DNA of 64,000 bases, taken from an uncultured Gemmatimonadales bacterium (lineage in GTDB: Bacteria > Gemmatimonadota > Gemmatimonadetes > Gemmatimonadales > GWC2-71-9). The translations under genes and the position numbers were made by a program. The notes beneath the pieces were generated by a model. The model worked only from the letters and a program-made list of their open reading frames with translations, was not told the DNA's origin and did no database searches. Below are positions 41,545 through 51,494 of this stretch, in pieces (position 1 is the stretch's first letter; every line of letters begins with the position of its first letter). Location: NCBI GenBank assembly GCA_963728915.1, contig CAVSLV010000001.1:448001-512000 (forward strand). Direction: 5' to 3'.

Positions 41545-42677
41545 GGCTGCTTACCCTCTGCTACGAATTCCCTCCGCTCGGGGGCGGGGGGGCGCGGGTA
41601 GTGCACGGGCTGTCGCGCGAGCTGGTTCGACTCGGGCACCAGGTCGATGTGGTCACCATGGGGTGGAGCAATCTGCCCCGTCGTGAGGTGGTGGACGGGG
41701 TGCAGGTCTATCGGGTGCCGTGTGGCCGGCGGGCGCTGCACGTGTGTACTGGAGGGGAAGCGCTTCGCTACGTTCTCGCGGCGGCCCCCTCCGCGCTCCG
41801 ACTTGCGCGCCGGCACCGGTATGACCTCAACTCCACCCATTTCATTTTTCCGGACGGGGCGATCGCCTGGCTGCTGCGACGCCGGACCGGTCTGCCCTAC
41901 ATCATCACGGCGCACGGGTCCGATGTTCCGGGGTATAACCCGCACCGGCTTCGGCTCGCGCATCGAGTGCTCCGGCCGGCCTGGCAGGAGGTCGTTCGCG
42001 GAGCGGCCGGACTGGTCTGCCCCAGCGAAACCATCCGGCGGCTGGTCCGGGAGCGTCGGGAGTCGACGGAGGTCATCTGCATTCCCAATGGGACCGATCC
42101 GGATCGGTTCCGCCCTGTCGCTCCAGGCACCCGCATTCTCTCGGTCGGCAAGATGTTCGAGAGGAAGGGGGTGCAGCATCTCCTCCGGGCACTGGAGGGC
42201 GTTCCCCTGGCGCAAGCGGTCGAGATCGCCGGCGACGGTCCCTATTTGCCGGCGATCCAGGAAATCGCGGCTCGCACCGGCGTGCCGGTGCGGTTCTCGC
42301 CGTGGCTCGACCACGGCTCCGCCGAGTTCACCGAGCTGTTCGAGCGATCCGGCATCTTCGTGCTGGCCTCCGAGTCGGAGAACTTCCCGGTGGTGCTGCT
42401 GGAGGCGATGACCGCGGGGCTTGCGATCGTGACCACGCGGGGCACCGGCTGCGCCGAGGTAGTGGGGGATGCCGCGCTGCTGGTGCCGCCGAAGGATGTC
42501 GGTGCGCTTCGCGCCGCGTTGCTCCGCCTCCTCGGCGATCCTGGGCTGCGGGCCTCTCTCGGCGCCGCCGCGCGGCGCCGGCTGGTGGAGAATTTCGGCT
42601 GGCCGGTGATCGCGAAGCAGTACCTCGCGCTGTACCAGCGGCATGCCCGCGATCCCCGAGAGACCGGCTCGACGTGA
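41541..42677 (+). CDS. Glycosyltransferase family 4
   Basis: YEFPPLGGGG, TAHGSDVPG, ERKGV, ENFPVVLLEAM. Confidence 0.92.
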   Translation: MRLLTLCYEFPPLGGGGARVVHGLSRELVRLGHQVDVVTMGWSNLPRREVVDGVQVYRVPCGRRALHVCTGGEALRYVLAAAPSALRLARRHRYDLNSTHFIFPDGAIAWLLRRRTGLPYIITAHGSDVPGYNPHRLRLAHRVLRPAWQEVVRGAAGLVCPSETIRRLVRERRESTEVICIPNGTDPDRFRPVAPGTRILSVGKMFERKGVQHLLRALEGVPLAQAVEIAGDGPYLPAIQEIAARTGVPVRFSPWLDHGSAEFTELFERSGIFVLASESENFPVVLLEAMTAGLAIVTTRGTGCAEVVGDAALLVPPKDVGALRAALLRLLGDPGLRASLGAAARRRLVENFGWPVIAKQYLALYQRHARDPRETGST

Positions 42678-43681
42678 TGCCGACCCGGCGCGCCATCATT
42701 CGGGCGCTCAAGCTCGCCGTTGCCGGCGGACTCTTCTACTACATCTTCCGGGTTGTGCCGTTCGCCGCGGTACTGCAGTCGCTCCGCTCCGCCCGCCTCG
42801 GGTTGGTCCTCGCCGGGCTCGCCCTCCTGCTGGCTTGCCGAGTGATCGCCGCCGCTCGCATGAAGCTGCTCACCGCGCGACTCGGACTCCGGTTCTCGTT
42901 GCTCGAGATCTTCGAGATCGGTACCACCGCGACCTTCTACGGCCTGGTGCTTCCAGGCATCATCTCCGGCGGGATGATCCGGTGGTACAAGCTGGCTCGC
43001 CAGGGCGAGCCGGTGTACGCGCTGGCTTCGCTCATCTGGGATCGGCTGGCCGATGCAACCGGCGTCGCCCTGATCGGGATAGGCTGCTGGCTGCTGAGTC
43101 GCCCCTCGGCCCCACGAGCAGCGGTGGGTCCCGCTCTCGTGGTGGGCGGGATCGTGCTGGTGGCGTCATCTCTCGCCGGTTTCTCGCGTGGGGTGGGCGA
43201 TCGGGTGTTTCCCCGGATCGAGCGAGTGGCTCGGCGCCTCCGGTCCGACCGGCTCCGTCTCAGGGTTGAGCAGATGGCCGCAGCGGGTCGCCGCTACCAG
43301 GACGATGGCGCGGGCCTGGCCTCGCGCGTCGCGGTGCTGACCGTCGCGTCGCAGCTGGCGGGCGCGCTCGCCTTTCTCTGCTGGGCGCGGTCGCTGGGCA
43401 GCGGCGTCGGGTTTGCGGAGCTGACCCTGGCCCGGTCATGCTACTTGCTCACCGTGCTGTTACCGATCACGTTCGCCGGTCTGGGGGCGCGCGAAGGCAT
43501 CCTGATGCTCCTGTTACGCCCCTATGGCGTGAGCGGCGCCAATGCGGTTGCCCTCGCCTTCATCCAGCTTGGTGGCACGCTGGTCCTGGCGGCGTTCGGC
43601 GGGCTGTTCGAGCTCAAGCGTGTCTGGCTTCCCTCCCGGCCCGAACCCGAGCCCGTGGCGCCCCTCGAGGGCGAGGAGTGA
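42677..43681 (+). CDS. Lysylphosphatidylglycerol-synthase TM-domain (flippase-like) membrane protein
   Basis: Multiple TM helices; LPG..SGG..R, WDRLAD, LLPITFAGLGAREG. Confidence 0.8.
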   Translation: MPTRRAIIRALKLAVAGGLFYYIFRVVPFAAVLQSLRSARLGLVLAGLALLLACRVIAAARMKLLTARLGLRFSLLEIFEIGTTATFYGLVLPGIISGGMIRWYKLARQGEPVYALASLIWDRLADATGVALIGIGCWLLSRPSAPRAAVGPALVVGGIVLVASSLAGFSRGVGDRVFPRIERVARRLRSDRLRLRVEQMAAAGRRYQDDGAGLASRVAVLTVASQLAGALAFLCWARSLGSGVGFAELTLARSCYLLTVLLPITFAGLGAREGILMLLLRPYGVSGANAVALAFIQLGGTLVLAAFGGLFELKRVWLPSRPEPEPVAPLEGEE

Positions 43682-43860
43682 ACTGACTCGTGGTGGCGTA
43701 ACATCTTGTGCGGTTCCCTCCCGGCCGTTTCGTCTCGTTGCAGGTGATCTCCCCACCCCTGAGATGGCACCGCGCGCCGCCCTCCCCCACCTCACCGGCC
43801 AGGATCGTCTGGTGATGGCATGGGTGGTGGGTTAGGCGAGCTCGTTCCGGAGGTGTGACC

Positions 43861-44250
43861 ATGACCAAGGAAGAAGAGCAATCGAAGACCATTCCAGCCT
43901 GGCTGGCAGATGAATGGGGGCTGGCGTGGATGGACGAGCACGCAGCGAAGCTCAGACAATCCGTTTCGGGGCAGCACTTTCTGTACTGGAGTCTTTCCAT
44001 CGCCTTCGTGACCGGTCTGGCCGCTCAGATCGGTGGCTATGCTCTCCAGTCGTCGCTGCCCAACGGGATTCCCGGACTTCTGGGTGATCTGCTTCACGCG
44101 GTCGGTTGGTCGCTCTGGACGGGGGCGGTCGTGTTCGTGTTCGTCGAGATCATACCGGAGGCGAAGCGACGCCAAATCAGGCAGGCGCTTGCCGCGTACG
44201 ACGCAGTGCGGCGCGAACGGGCCAAAGCCGCGGGCAGTTGCGAGGGCTAG
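43861..44250 (+). CDS. Small two-TM hypothetical protein
   Basis: GGAGG RBS; a diverged second copy lies at 54059-54364. Confidence 0.7.
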   Translation: MTKEEEQSKTIPAWLADEWGLAWMDEHAAKLRQSVSGQHFLYWSLSIAFVTGLAAQIGGYALQSSLPNGIPGLLGDLLHAVGWSLWTGAVVFVFVEIIPEAKRRQIRQALAAYDAVRRERAKAAGSCEG

Positions 44251-44376
44251 CCGTACCGGCTCGACCCGAGTGCGGTTCGGATGCAGCCGCGTGCCGATCG
44301 TCCCCCCAGCAGGTCGCCACAGAGCCGAGGGCGCAACCTTGGATGATCGGGTTCTACCGACCACCGCGAGGCCCTC

Positions 44377-45294
44377 ATGTTCACGGATCGCCGCCACCGC
44401 CCTCTGTTTGCCGCGCTCACCGCTCTCGTTTCCATTGTCCCGGTGACGGGACGCGCCCAAACGGTTGATTCCGCCCATGTGGCCGCTGCGGATGCGAGTT
44501 ATCGCTCCCGGCGCTGGAACGAGGCGGTCGCCGCCTATGGCGCGCTGGTGGGGGCCGACGCGAGGAACAGCCTTGCCTGGTACCGACTCGGCATCGCATC
44601 GCTAGCCCTCGCGGATACCGCCACCGCCGACTCGGCGCTGCGACGCACCGTCCGGCTGGTGCCCCTCCCATCCGCGATGCTCACCCTCGCCGCGATTGCC
44701 GCTGGTCGCGCCCCCCGCGATTCCGCCCTGGCGTGGGTGACGCGAGCAGCTGACGCGGGATTGCGGGCACCCGATGCCCTGATGCAGAACCCGGCGTTCG
44801 ATGGCCTTCGCAATGATTCCCGATTCGCGGCGGCTCTCGCCACGATCCGGCGAAACAACGACCCCTGTGGCGGAGTCGAGCATCACGCCCTCGACTTCTG
44901 GATTGGGCGCTGGGAGGTGCGCGAAGCCACCGGTCGCGTGGCGGGAACCAGCACCGTCGAACCGATTCTCGGTGGGTGCGCTCTGCATGAAGTCTGGGAT
45001 ACGGGTCCGGGCGACAGGGGCGAGAGCCTCAACGCGTACGATCCGGTGACCCGCACGTGGAAGCAATTCTGGGTGGACAGCCGGGGCCGGGTCACCCAAT
45101 ACCTTGATGGGGAGTTCAGCGAAGGCCGGCTGCGATTTCCGCGGTCCGCCCCGACCGCCGGTGCGCGAATCCTTCGGCTCACCTTCACCCTGGAGTCGCC
45201 GGACCAGGTTCGCCAGTTTGCGGAAGAGTCACGGGACGGTGGCAAGAGCTGGGCGACCCGCTATGATCTGTACTATGGTCGTGTCCGCCCGTAG
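44377..45294 (+). CDS. Secreted TPR-containing protein with a C-terminal beta domain
   Basis: Signal peptide; AWYRLG TPR-like segment; DFWIGRWEV...LGGCALHEVW...WKQFWVDSRG. Confidence 0.7.
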   Translation: MFTDRRHRPLFAALTALVSIVPVTGRAQTVDSAHVAAADASYRSRRWNEAVAAYGALVGADARNSLAWYRLGIASLALADTATADSALRRTVRLVPLPSAMLTLAAIAAGRAPRDSALAWVTRAADAGLRAPDALMQNPAFDGLRNDSRFAAALATIRRNNDPCGGVEHHALDFWIGRWEVREATGRVAGTSTVEPILGGCALHEVWDTGPGDRGESLNAYDPVTRTWKQFWVDSRGRVTQYLDGEFSEGRLRFPRSAPTAGARILRLTFTLESPDQVRQFAEESRDGGKSWATRYDLYYGRVRP

Positions 45295-45310
45295 GCGAGC
45301 CGGGTCGAAC

Positions 45311-47362
45311 GTGACGCCGCAGTGGCCGGCGGCATGGTGGCTGGGGACCGGAGCCGTGTGGTGTGGCGTGGCCCTGTTGCGCACCGCCTTATGGTGGGCG
45401 CCGCGCCCGACCGGGCCGCGCCTTGTTGCAGGCCTCGCGATATTCGGGCTTTCGGCGCTGTTCTGGTCCCTCGTAACCCGCGCAATGGCTGCGGGGCTGC
45501 ATGCGGCGCGCCGGTTCGCGGCGCGTCCCTGGAGCCAGCGGGTCGCCCTCATCATTTCGAGTGGCGCGGTCGTCGTCCTCGAGGCGGCATGGTGGCGTGG
45601 AGCGGTGCGCCTCGTCACCGGCCGTCCCGCGATCGGCACCCTGGCCTACACCACTTTCAACAACCTCGACACTACCCTGATCATGCTGGGCGCCGCGCTG
45701 GTGGTCCTGCTGGCCATCGAGCGCCGCCGCGCAGTCACCGCCGCGATCGTGCGGACGGAACGTCTCGCGGCCAGTCTCGCCGAGGTTCGGCTCCACGTAC
45801 TGGGATTTCAGCTTCAGCCGCATTTCCTTTTCAACACCTTGCACGTCCTCTCCGAGCTGGTGCATCGGGGCGACGACAGCGCACGCCAACTCGCGTCCCG
45901 CCTCCGCGACCTGTTCGTATCGGCCTCGGATCCGGAGACGCCGGCCGAAATCACCCTGGCCGAGGAGGTCGGCCTGGTACGCAGCTACCTGGCCATTCAG
46001 GAGATGCGGTTCGAGACGCGGCTGACCGTTGAGGTGAGCGTCCCACCGGACCTGGCCGGGGCGCTGGTCCCACGCTTCCTGCTTCAGCCCCTGGTGGAGA
46101 ACGCGATTCGACACGGCACCGAACCGCGGATCGGGGCCGGCGCGATCCGGATCACCGCGAGCCGGGATGGCGAAATGCTGCGGATCGCCGTGACGGACAA
46201 CGGTGGCGGGCCAGGGTCGGCGTTCGGTGGACCAGAAGGGTTCGGGCTTCGCAACACGCGGGAGCGGCTGGCGCAACTCTACGGAGATCGGCAGGAGCTG
46301 ACGTTGTCGCAGGTATCGATGGGCGGGGCGGAAGCGGCGGTGCGATTGCCCTATCATAGTGTCCCAATCTCCGACCCGACCGATGCTCCCGATAGCGAAG
46401 GGGCGGCACCTCTGCCCGGTGTGACGCGCGGGCCGGTATCTCGCCTTTCTCGAGCGGCCCTCCTGCTCGTGGGCGCCGCCGCGGTAGCGATGGTCTGGAT
46501 TCTTCAGGAAGCCGCCCTGGCGCGGCTCGCCTGGTCTCCGTTCGGCCTGGCGAGCTCCGCGATGCGAAATGGCCTGGCGGTTGTGCCGTGGGTGGTCGCG
46601 TTTCCGTTGGTCGCCGCGGTGACCGCGCGCTGGCCCGTAGACGGGGACCGGCGCCTGGCCATCTCCGCACATGCCCTGGCGGCCATTGTCCTGGCGGCCG
46701 CAATGGTAATGACCCGCCGGTTCAGCGGTGCCGCGGGTTCTACCGGTCCGTGGTATGGACCGTCGTTGGCATACGTCGTCGTGATCACGGTCGCCGGCTA
46801 CGCGCTCGGTGCGGCCGCGGCGCACGGGATTCTGGCAGAGCGCGCCCGGGATCGGGAGCTCGTGCGGATGGCCCGGGTCGACGCGGATTTGTCACGCGCG
46901 CGGCTCGAGCTGGTGCGGTGGGGCATTCAACCGGAGCTTCTCGTCTCGGTGCTGGAGGATGTCGGTAAGTTGACCCAGTCCGACCCCGACCAGGCGGACC
47001 GGCTCGTCGTGGCCCTGGGTGACTTCCTGCGCGCGGTGCTGGCGGGCGTGGCGCGCAAGACCAGCCTCCTGGGCGACGAATGCGCCTGCGCCGAGGCGTA
47101 TCTGGCGCTCGAACGCACCCGGGGCCGGGTCGGTCCCGACTCCCGGCTTGACTGCCCGGAGGAGGCACGCGACGTGAAGTGTGCACCGCTCGCGGTGGTG
47201 GCGGCGCTCTGGCAGGTGATCCGGGAAACGGGAGTCAACGCGAGGTTCATCGTCGTCTCCGATCCGGGCGGTCTCGGCATTCGCGTCGCGCCGTTCCCGG
47301 AGGCCGGTGGCCCTGGCGTCGTCCCGCCGGCGGGCCATCTGTTGCGAATGGAGCTGGCGTGA
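45311..47362 (+). CDS. LytS-type membrane histidine kinase with a second, degenerate TM+kinase module
   Basis: QLQPHFLFNTL, TLAEE...YLAIQEMRF..RL, LQPLVENAIRHG, DNGGG, GFGLRNTRERL; second module IQPELL...LGDFLR...EAYLALE. Confidence 0.88.
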   Translation: MTPQWPAAWWLGTGAVWCGVALLRTALWWAPRPTGPRLVAGLAIFGLSALFWSLVTRAMAAGLHAARRFAARPWSQRVALIISSGAVVVLEAAWWRGAVRLVTGRPAIGTLAYTTFNNLDTTLIMLGAALVVLLAIERRRAVTAAIVRTERLAASLAEVRLHVLGFQLQPHFLFNTLHVLSELVHRGDDSARQLASRLRDLFVSASDPETPAEITLAEEVGLVRSYLAIQEMRFETRLTVEVSVPPDLAGALVPRFLLQPLVENAIRHGTEPRIGAGAIRITASRDGEMLRIAVTDNGGGPGSAFGGPEGFGLRNTRERLAQLYGDRQELTLSQVSMGGAEAAVRLPYHSVPISDPTDAPDSEGAAPLPGVTRGPVSRLSRAALLLVGAAAVAMVWILQEAALARLAWSPFGLASSAMRNGLAVVPWVVAFPLVAAVTARWPVDGDRRLAISAHALAAIVLAAAMVMTRRFSGAAGSTGPWYGPSLAYVVVITVAGYALGAAAAHGILAERARDRELVRMARVDADLSRARLELVRWGIQPELLVSVLEDVGKLTQSDPDQADRLVVALGDFLRAVLAGVARKTSLLGDECACAEAYLALERTRGRVGPDSRLDCPEEARDVKCAPLAVVAALWQVIRETGVNARFIVVSDPGGLGIRVAPFPEAGGPGVVPPAGHLLRMELA

Positions 47363-48162
47363 CGATCCGGGCACTGGTGGTGGACGACGAAGCCGCGGCG
47401 CGTGAGCGGATCCGACGCCTGTTGGCCGACGAGAAGGGAATCGACCTGATCGCCGAGCGCGATAATGGCCCGGAGGCGCTGAGAGCGATTCGCGAGCTCG
47501 AGCCGGACCTCGTGTTTCTCGACGTCCAGATGCCGGGGTTCGACGGATTTCGAGTGCTCTCCGGAATTGACCCCGCCCGAATGCCAGCGATCGTGTTCGT
47601 GACCGCATACGATCAGTACGCGGTGCGGGCCTTCGACGCACACGCGGTGGACTACCTGTTGAAACCGTTCGACCGCGCCCGGTTCGGTACCGCGCTCTCG
47701 CGCGCTCGGGCCGCCCTCGGCGAGGGAGACGAGGCGACCGGCCTGCTCGCCCTGCGGGACCACGTATCGCGAGAGGGCGCCCCGGCCCGGCCCGGCGATG
47801 CCTATCCGGAACGGCTTATCATCAAGGATGCCGGACGGATCTACTTTGTGCGAGTCGCTGATGTCGACTGGGTCGAGGGCGCGCGGAACTACGTGCGCCT
47901 GCACGCGGGAAAGGACCGGCATATCCTGCGCCGTACCCTGAGGGGCGTGGGCGACCTGCTCGATCCCCGACAGTTCGTTCGCATCCACCGGTCGACCATC
48001 GTGAACGTCGCGCGGATCCGCGAGATGCAGCCGTGGTTCTCGGGTGACTACCTGGTGATCCTGCATTCCGGCGAGCGGCTCAAGATGAGCCGCAATCACC
48101 GCGAGCTGCTCGAAACGAACCCATCGTGGGGTGGCGCCACTCGGATCGGGACCGGACCCTAG
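47359..48162 (+). CDS. LytTR family response regulator
   Basis: LVVDDE, FLDVQMP, TAYDQYA, DYLLKP; LytTR domain FVRIHRSTIVN. Confidence 0.95.
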   Translation: MTIRALVVDDEAAARERIRRLLADEKGIDLIAERDNGPEALRAIRELEPDLVFLDVQMPGFDGFRVLSGIDPARMPAIVFVTAYDQYAVRAFDAHAVDYLLKPFDRARFGTALSRARAALGEGDEATGLLALRDHVSREGAPARPGDAYPERLIIKDAGRIYFVRVADVDWVEGARNYVRLHAGKDRHILRRTLRGVGDLLDPRQFVRIHRSTIVNVARIREMQPWFSGDYLVILHSGERLKMSRNHRELLETNPSWGGATRIGTGP

Positions 48163-48188
48163 CGCCGCCCGGCGTCATCACCGGTATG

Positions 48189-48218
48189 GAGTTCGTCTCG
48201 GATGCGGTGCAGTTCGTC
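48189..48218 (+). promoter_or_regulatory. LytTR-type binding site (9-bp direct repeats, 21-bp period)
   Basis: GAGTTCGTC-N12-CAGTTCGTC upstream of the gene at 48283. Confidence 0.7.
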
Positions 48219-48282
48219 CCGCAGTCATTCCACCCGAGCGGCAGCCCGTCTTGATTCATGCACCTGATCGGAGTCCCCCGGA

Positions 48283-49041
48283 ATGACCGTTTCCAGCTGC
48301 GGCAACCTCGTCCTGCTCCTTTCATTGACCGTGCCCGTGACCGCCATCGGGCAGGCGCCTTCGTCTCCTGCTCCCGCAGGATCGACCCTCACGCTGCCCG
48401 TCGCGGGCGGCCGATCAGTTCGGATCGAGCCCGATGCGTATGCTGCGCTGCGTGTCTCGGCGGTCACCGGCGGCTCGGACTCCGCTTCGGCGCCGGGGTT
48501 ACGGGCAGGGGACCTGGTGATCGGCCCCGCGAAGGACGGCCGGCTCACTCTGGCTGGGCTGCGTGACCTTGTGAAAGGCGTCGCGGAAGGCGACAGCGTC
48601 GCGCTCGAAGTTCGGCGGGACGCGGAGACGCTGACGGTCTACTATCGGAAGCCGACCGCGGCCGAGCTCGCTCGGATGGGGGCGGTCTCGATACCAGGCG
48701 GCGCGGCCAGAGGGGCGGGGGGCACCTGGATGACCCTCCAGGCGAGTCCCGACGTGGCGGGGTCCGACCAGATGCTCGTGATCGCCGGGAACCAGATCCG
48801 GCTGGACGAAGAGTCCGGGCAGCTCAAGGTGATGATGAAGCTGCGCGATCCCGACATGGCCGCGGTCGGACTCAAGGCGCTGGATCGCATCCTCAAGATC
48901 AATCGGGATACGGTGGCGGACCTGGCATCGCTCATCGCGAAATACGGCGCGCTTCCCGCCGGGGACTCGGTGACCCTGCTGGTCGAACGGAATGGAGCCC
49001 CGCTGGCGCTAACGTTCCTCAAGCCCGCGCCTCGCCCGTGA
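48283..49041 (+). CDS. Secreted protein with two PDZ-like domains
   Basis: VSAVTGGS..A..GLRAGDLVI...GDSVALEVRRD; GLKALDRILKIN...GDSVTLLVERNG. Confidence 0.75.
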   Translation: MTVSSCGNLVLLLSLTVPVTAIGQAPSSPAPAGSTLTLPVAGGRSVRIEPDAYAALRVSAVTGGSDSASAPGLRAGDLVIGPAKDGRLTLAGLRDLVKGVAEGDSVALEVRRDAETLTVYYRKPTAAELARMGAVSIPGGAARGAGGTWMTLQASPDVAGSDQMLVIAGNQIRLDEESGQLKVMMKLRDPDMAAVGLKALDRILKINRDTVADLASLIAKYGALPAGDSVTLLVERNGAPLALTFLKPAPRP

Positions 49042-50832
49042 GAGTCGGCCGCCGGCCCTTGTTCCCCGGAAGAGCCTCCGCTCTTCTCGTCGGGGTCCTC
49101 TCGGCATCACCACACCTCGCGCCCGCCCAGTCCACCGCACGGTCGCAGGCGGCGATCGAGGCGGTGGTCTCGAAATTCGACCGCATGACGGGCCCCGGTT
49201 TCACCCTTCTGGTGGTGCGCCACGACTCGATCGTCTATCGCCATGACACCGGACTGGCCAACCTCGACGACGCGGTACCGATCGGAGGCCAGACGGTGTT
49301 CGGGGTCGGTTCGATCGCCAAGCAATTCACCGCGTTCGGCATCGCCCTTCTGGCGGAACAGCACCGGCTAGCCCTGACGGACGACGTCCGCCAATATGTC
49401 CCGGAGCTGCACCCGATGGGCACACCCGTCACCATCGGCGACCTGATCCATCACACGTCAGGATATCCCGACCTGCTTGGCGTCCTGGCGCTCGGGGGGA
49501 TTGCGCCCGACGACCGGGTCGGCCGCGGGCAGGCGGTCGCTCGGCTTGCCCGCCTCGAGTCGCTCGCGGCACCTCCCGGCACCCAGCAAGCCTACAGCAA
49601 CGCCGGGTACCTGCTCCTGTCCGAGGTGATCGCACGCATTACGGGGGAGTCCTTCGCACCCTGGATGCAGGCGAATGTGTTCGATCCGATCGGGATGAGG
49701 GCAACCCATTTTCTCGACGACTCCGGTCTGCGGATGGGGGACGTCGTGCCGCATCGGGCGGTGCCCTATCGCGGGCGGCCCGGCCGGTTCGAGCCGGCGC
49801 TTCGGTTTGTCGACTACGCGGGACCCTCCGGGCTGCGCACGACGGCGTCCGACCTGGGAAAGTGGTTGATGAACCTCGAGAGCGGGCGGATCGGCGGCTC
49901 AGCGGTTCGCGACCGGATGGGCGAGCGTGGAGTACTGGCGAACGGCGACACGATCAACTACGCGTTTGGCCTCATCGTCGGCAACTATCGGGGCCGTCCC
50001 ACCCTGATGCATGCGGGCAGCGTGCCGGGAGTACAGGCTTCGCTGCTGCTCTTCACGAAGGACTCACTGGGCGTCGTCCTGGTGGCGAATTGCGAGGACC
50101 TGAGCCTGACCCGCCTGCCGTACGAGGTGGCCGATCTCCTGCTGGCTGACCGTTTGGCGCCCGCCTCAGCGGGCGTCACAAACAATGGTTCGTTCTTCCT
50201 CACCGACGAGCCCCAGCCAGCGCCGCCGGAGTCTCGTGGCGTGGTGCCCGATCCGGCGGTGCTGAGGACCGCAGCGGGCAGGTATCGGACCGCCGACGGC
50301 CGCGACTTCGAGGTGCGGGTTCGCGAGGGCGGTCTCGAGCTTCTCGTTCGGGGAGCCGCCGTTCTTCCAGCTGTTTGCGATTGCCGGTCGGCGGTTTCTG
50401 CTGCCGCGACTGAATTACGAGTTCTCGTTCCCCCCGCGACCGGACGGCGCCAGGGACATGATGCTCCACCTCACAACGCGGTCGGTCCGGCGGGGCGAGC
50501 CGCGGGATGTCCCGGCGCCGCGCGTCACCCTGGGGATCCTGACCGGTTCGCAGCTCGCCGACCTGACCGGGCGCTACCGGAGCGACGAGGCCGATGCCGA
50601 ATTCGAAGTTGAGGCCGACGGTCAGGAGATCGTCCTCCGGCAGTCGCGCCTTGGGGCCTTTCCTCTCCGCCGGGCTGGCGCCGACGAATACGTGAGTGCC
50701 GGTGAGGCGGCCGCTTTTCCCCTGATTTCGCGGGTCCGGTTCGAGCGCGGGGCCGACGGACGCGTGTCCGGCATCACGGTCGAAGCCTATGCGTTCGGGG
50801 TCACGATGACGTTCGCGAAGGTGATCCCGTGA
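49038..50832 (+). CDS. Serine hydrolase (beta-lactamase class C/AmpC-like), +1 frameshift near 50345
   Basis: GSIAKQFT (SxxK), LIHHTSG, YSNAGY, HAGS; the C-terminal domain continues in the next frame to 50832. Confidence 0.88.
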
Positions 50833-51494
50833 GCGTTCGGAACGTCGTGTGCCTGCTCGTCGCGGCGCTTCAGGGTGTCGGCTGCGCCTCCGATCCGATC
50901 ACGGCTGGGATCCACGAGACCTGCAGCGGATACGGGATCCCCGACGCTTCGCCCTACGCCCTGCCGTACCCCGTCGGGGTGACCTGGCCGGTGTGGCAGG
51001 GCAACTGTTCCGGGTTCGGGCATTCCGGATTCTGGAAGTACAGTTACGACTTCAATATGCCGATCGGGTCCGTGGTGACCGCTGCGCGCGGCGGCACCGT
51101 GTTTTACACCTACGCCAGCGCGCGGGACGACGGCCCCCACGATTCGACGGCGCGACCCAACCTGGTATTCATCCGTCATGCGGATTCCACCGTCGCCGTC
51201 TATTCCCACCTCATGCGAAACGGGGTGCGCGTGCTGGTCGGTCAGGTGGTGGCTCAGGGTGACACGATCGCGCTGAGCGGCAACACGGGCTACACCGACG
51301 ATCATCCGCACCTCCACTTTTCGATCCATGCTTGCGCGAGCCTTCCCGGGTTTGCAGATGTGCCGAGCTGTCCGGCGCTCGCCACGGTGTTCTCCAATGC
51401 GGAGCCACCGCCTTCCGGCCCGCTCCAGCAGGGCGTGTCGTACAAGAGCGGGACCCTGAGCCCCATGCCGGATCCCGGCTCGGAGATCCGATGA
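50829..51494 (+). CDS. M23 family peptidase-like lipoprotein
   Basis: YDFNMPIGSVVTAARGG, YSHL, SGNTG...PHLHF. Confidence 0.85.
   Translation: MSVRNVVCLLVAALQGVGCASDPITAGIHETCSGYGIPDASPYALPYPVGVTWPVWQGNCSGFGHSGFWKYSYDFNMPIGSVVTAARGGTVFYTYASARDDGPHDSTARPNLVFIRHADSTVAVYSHLMRNGVRVLVGQVVAQGDTIALSGNTGYTDDHPHLHFSIHACASLPGFADVPSCPALATVFSNAEPPPSGPLQQGVSYKSGTLSPMPDPGSEIR

Noticed and set aside
43696..43837. attC-like GCGTAAC...GTTAGGC before the small membrane gene; also GCCTAAC at 53983
   Set aside because: No convincing L boxes or pairing stem, no repeated sites and no integron integrase in the window
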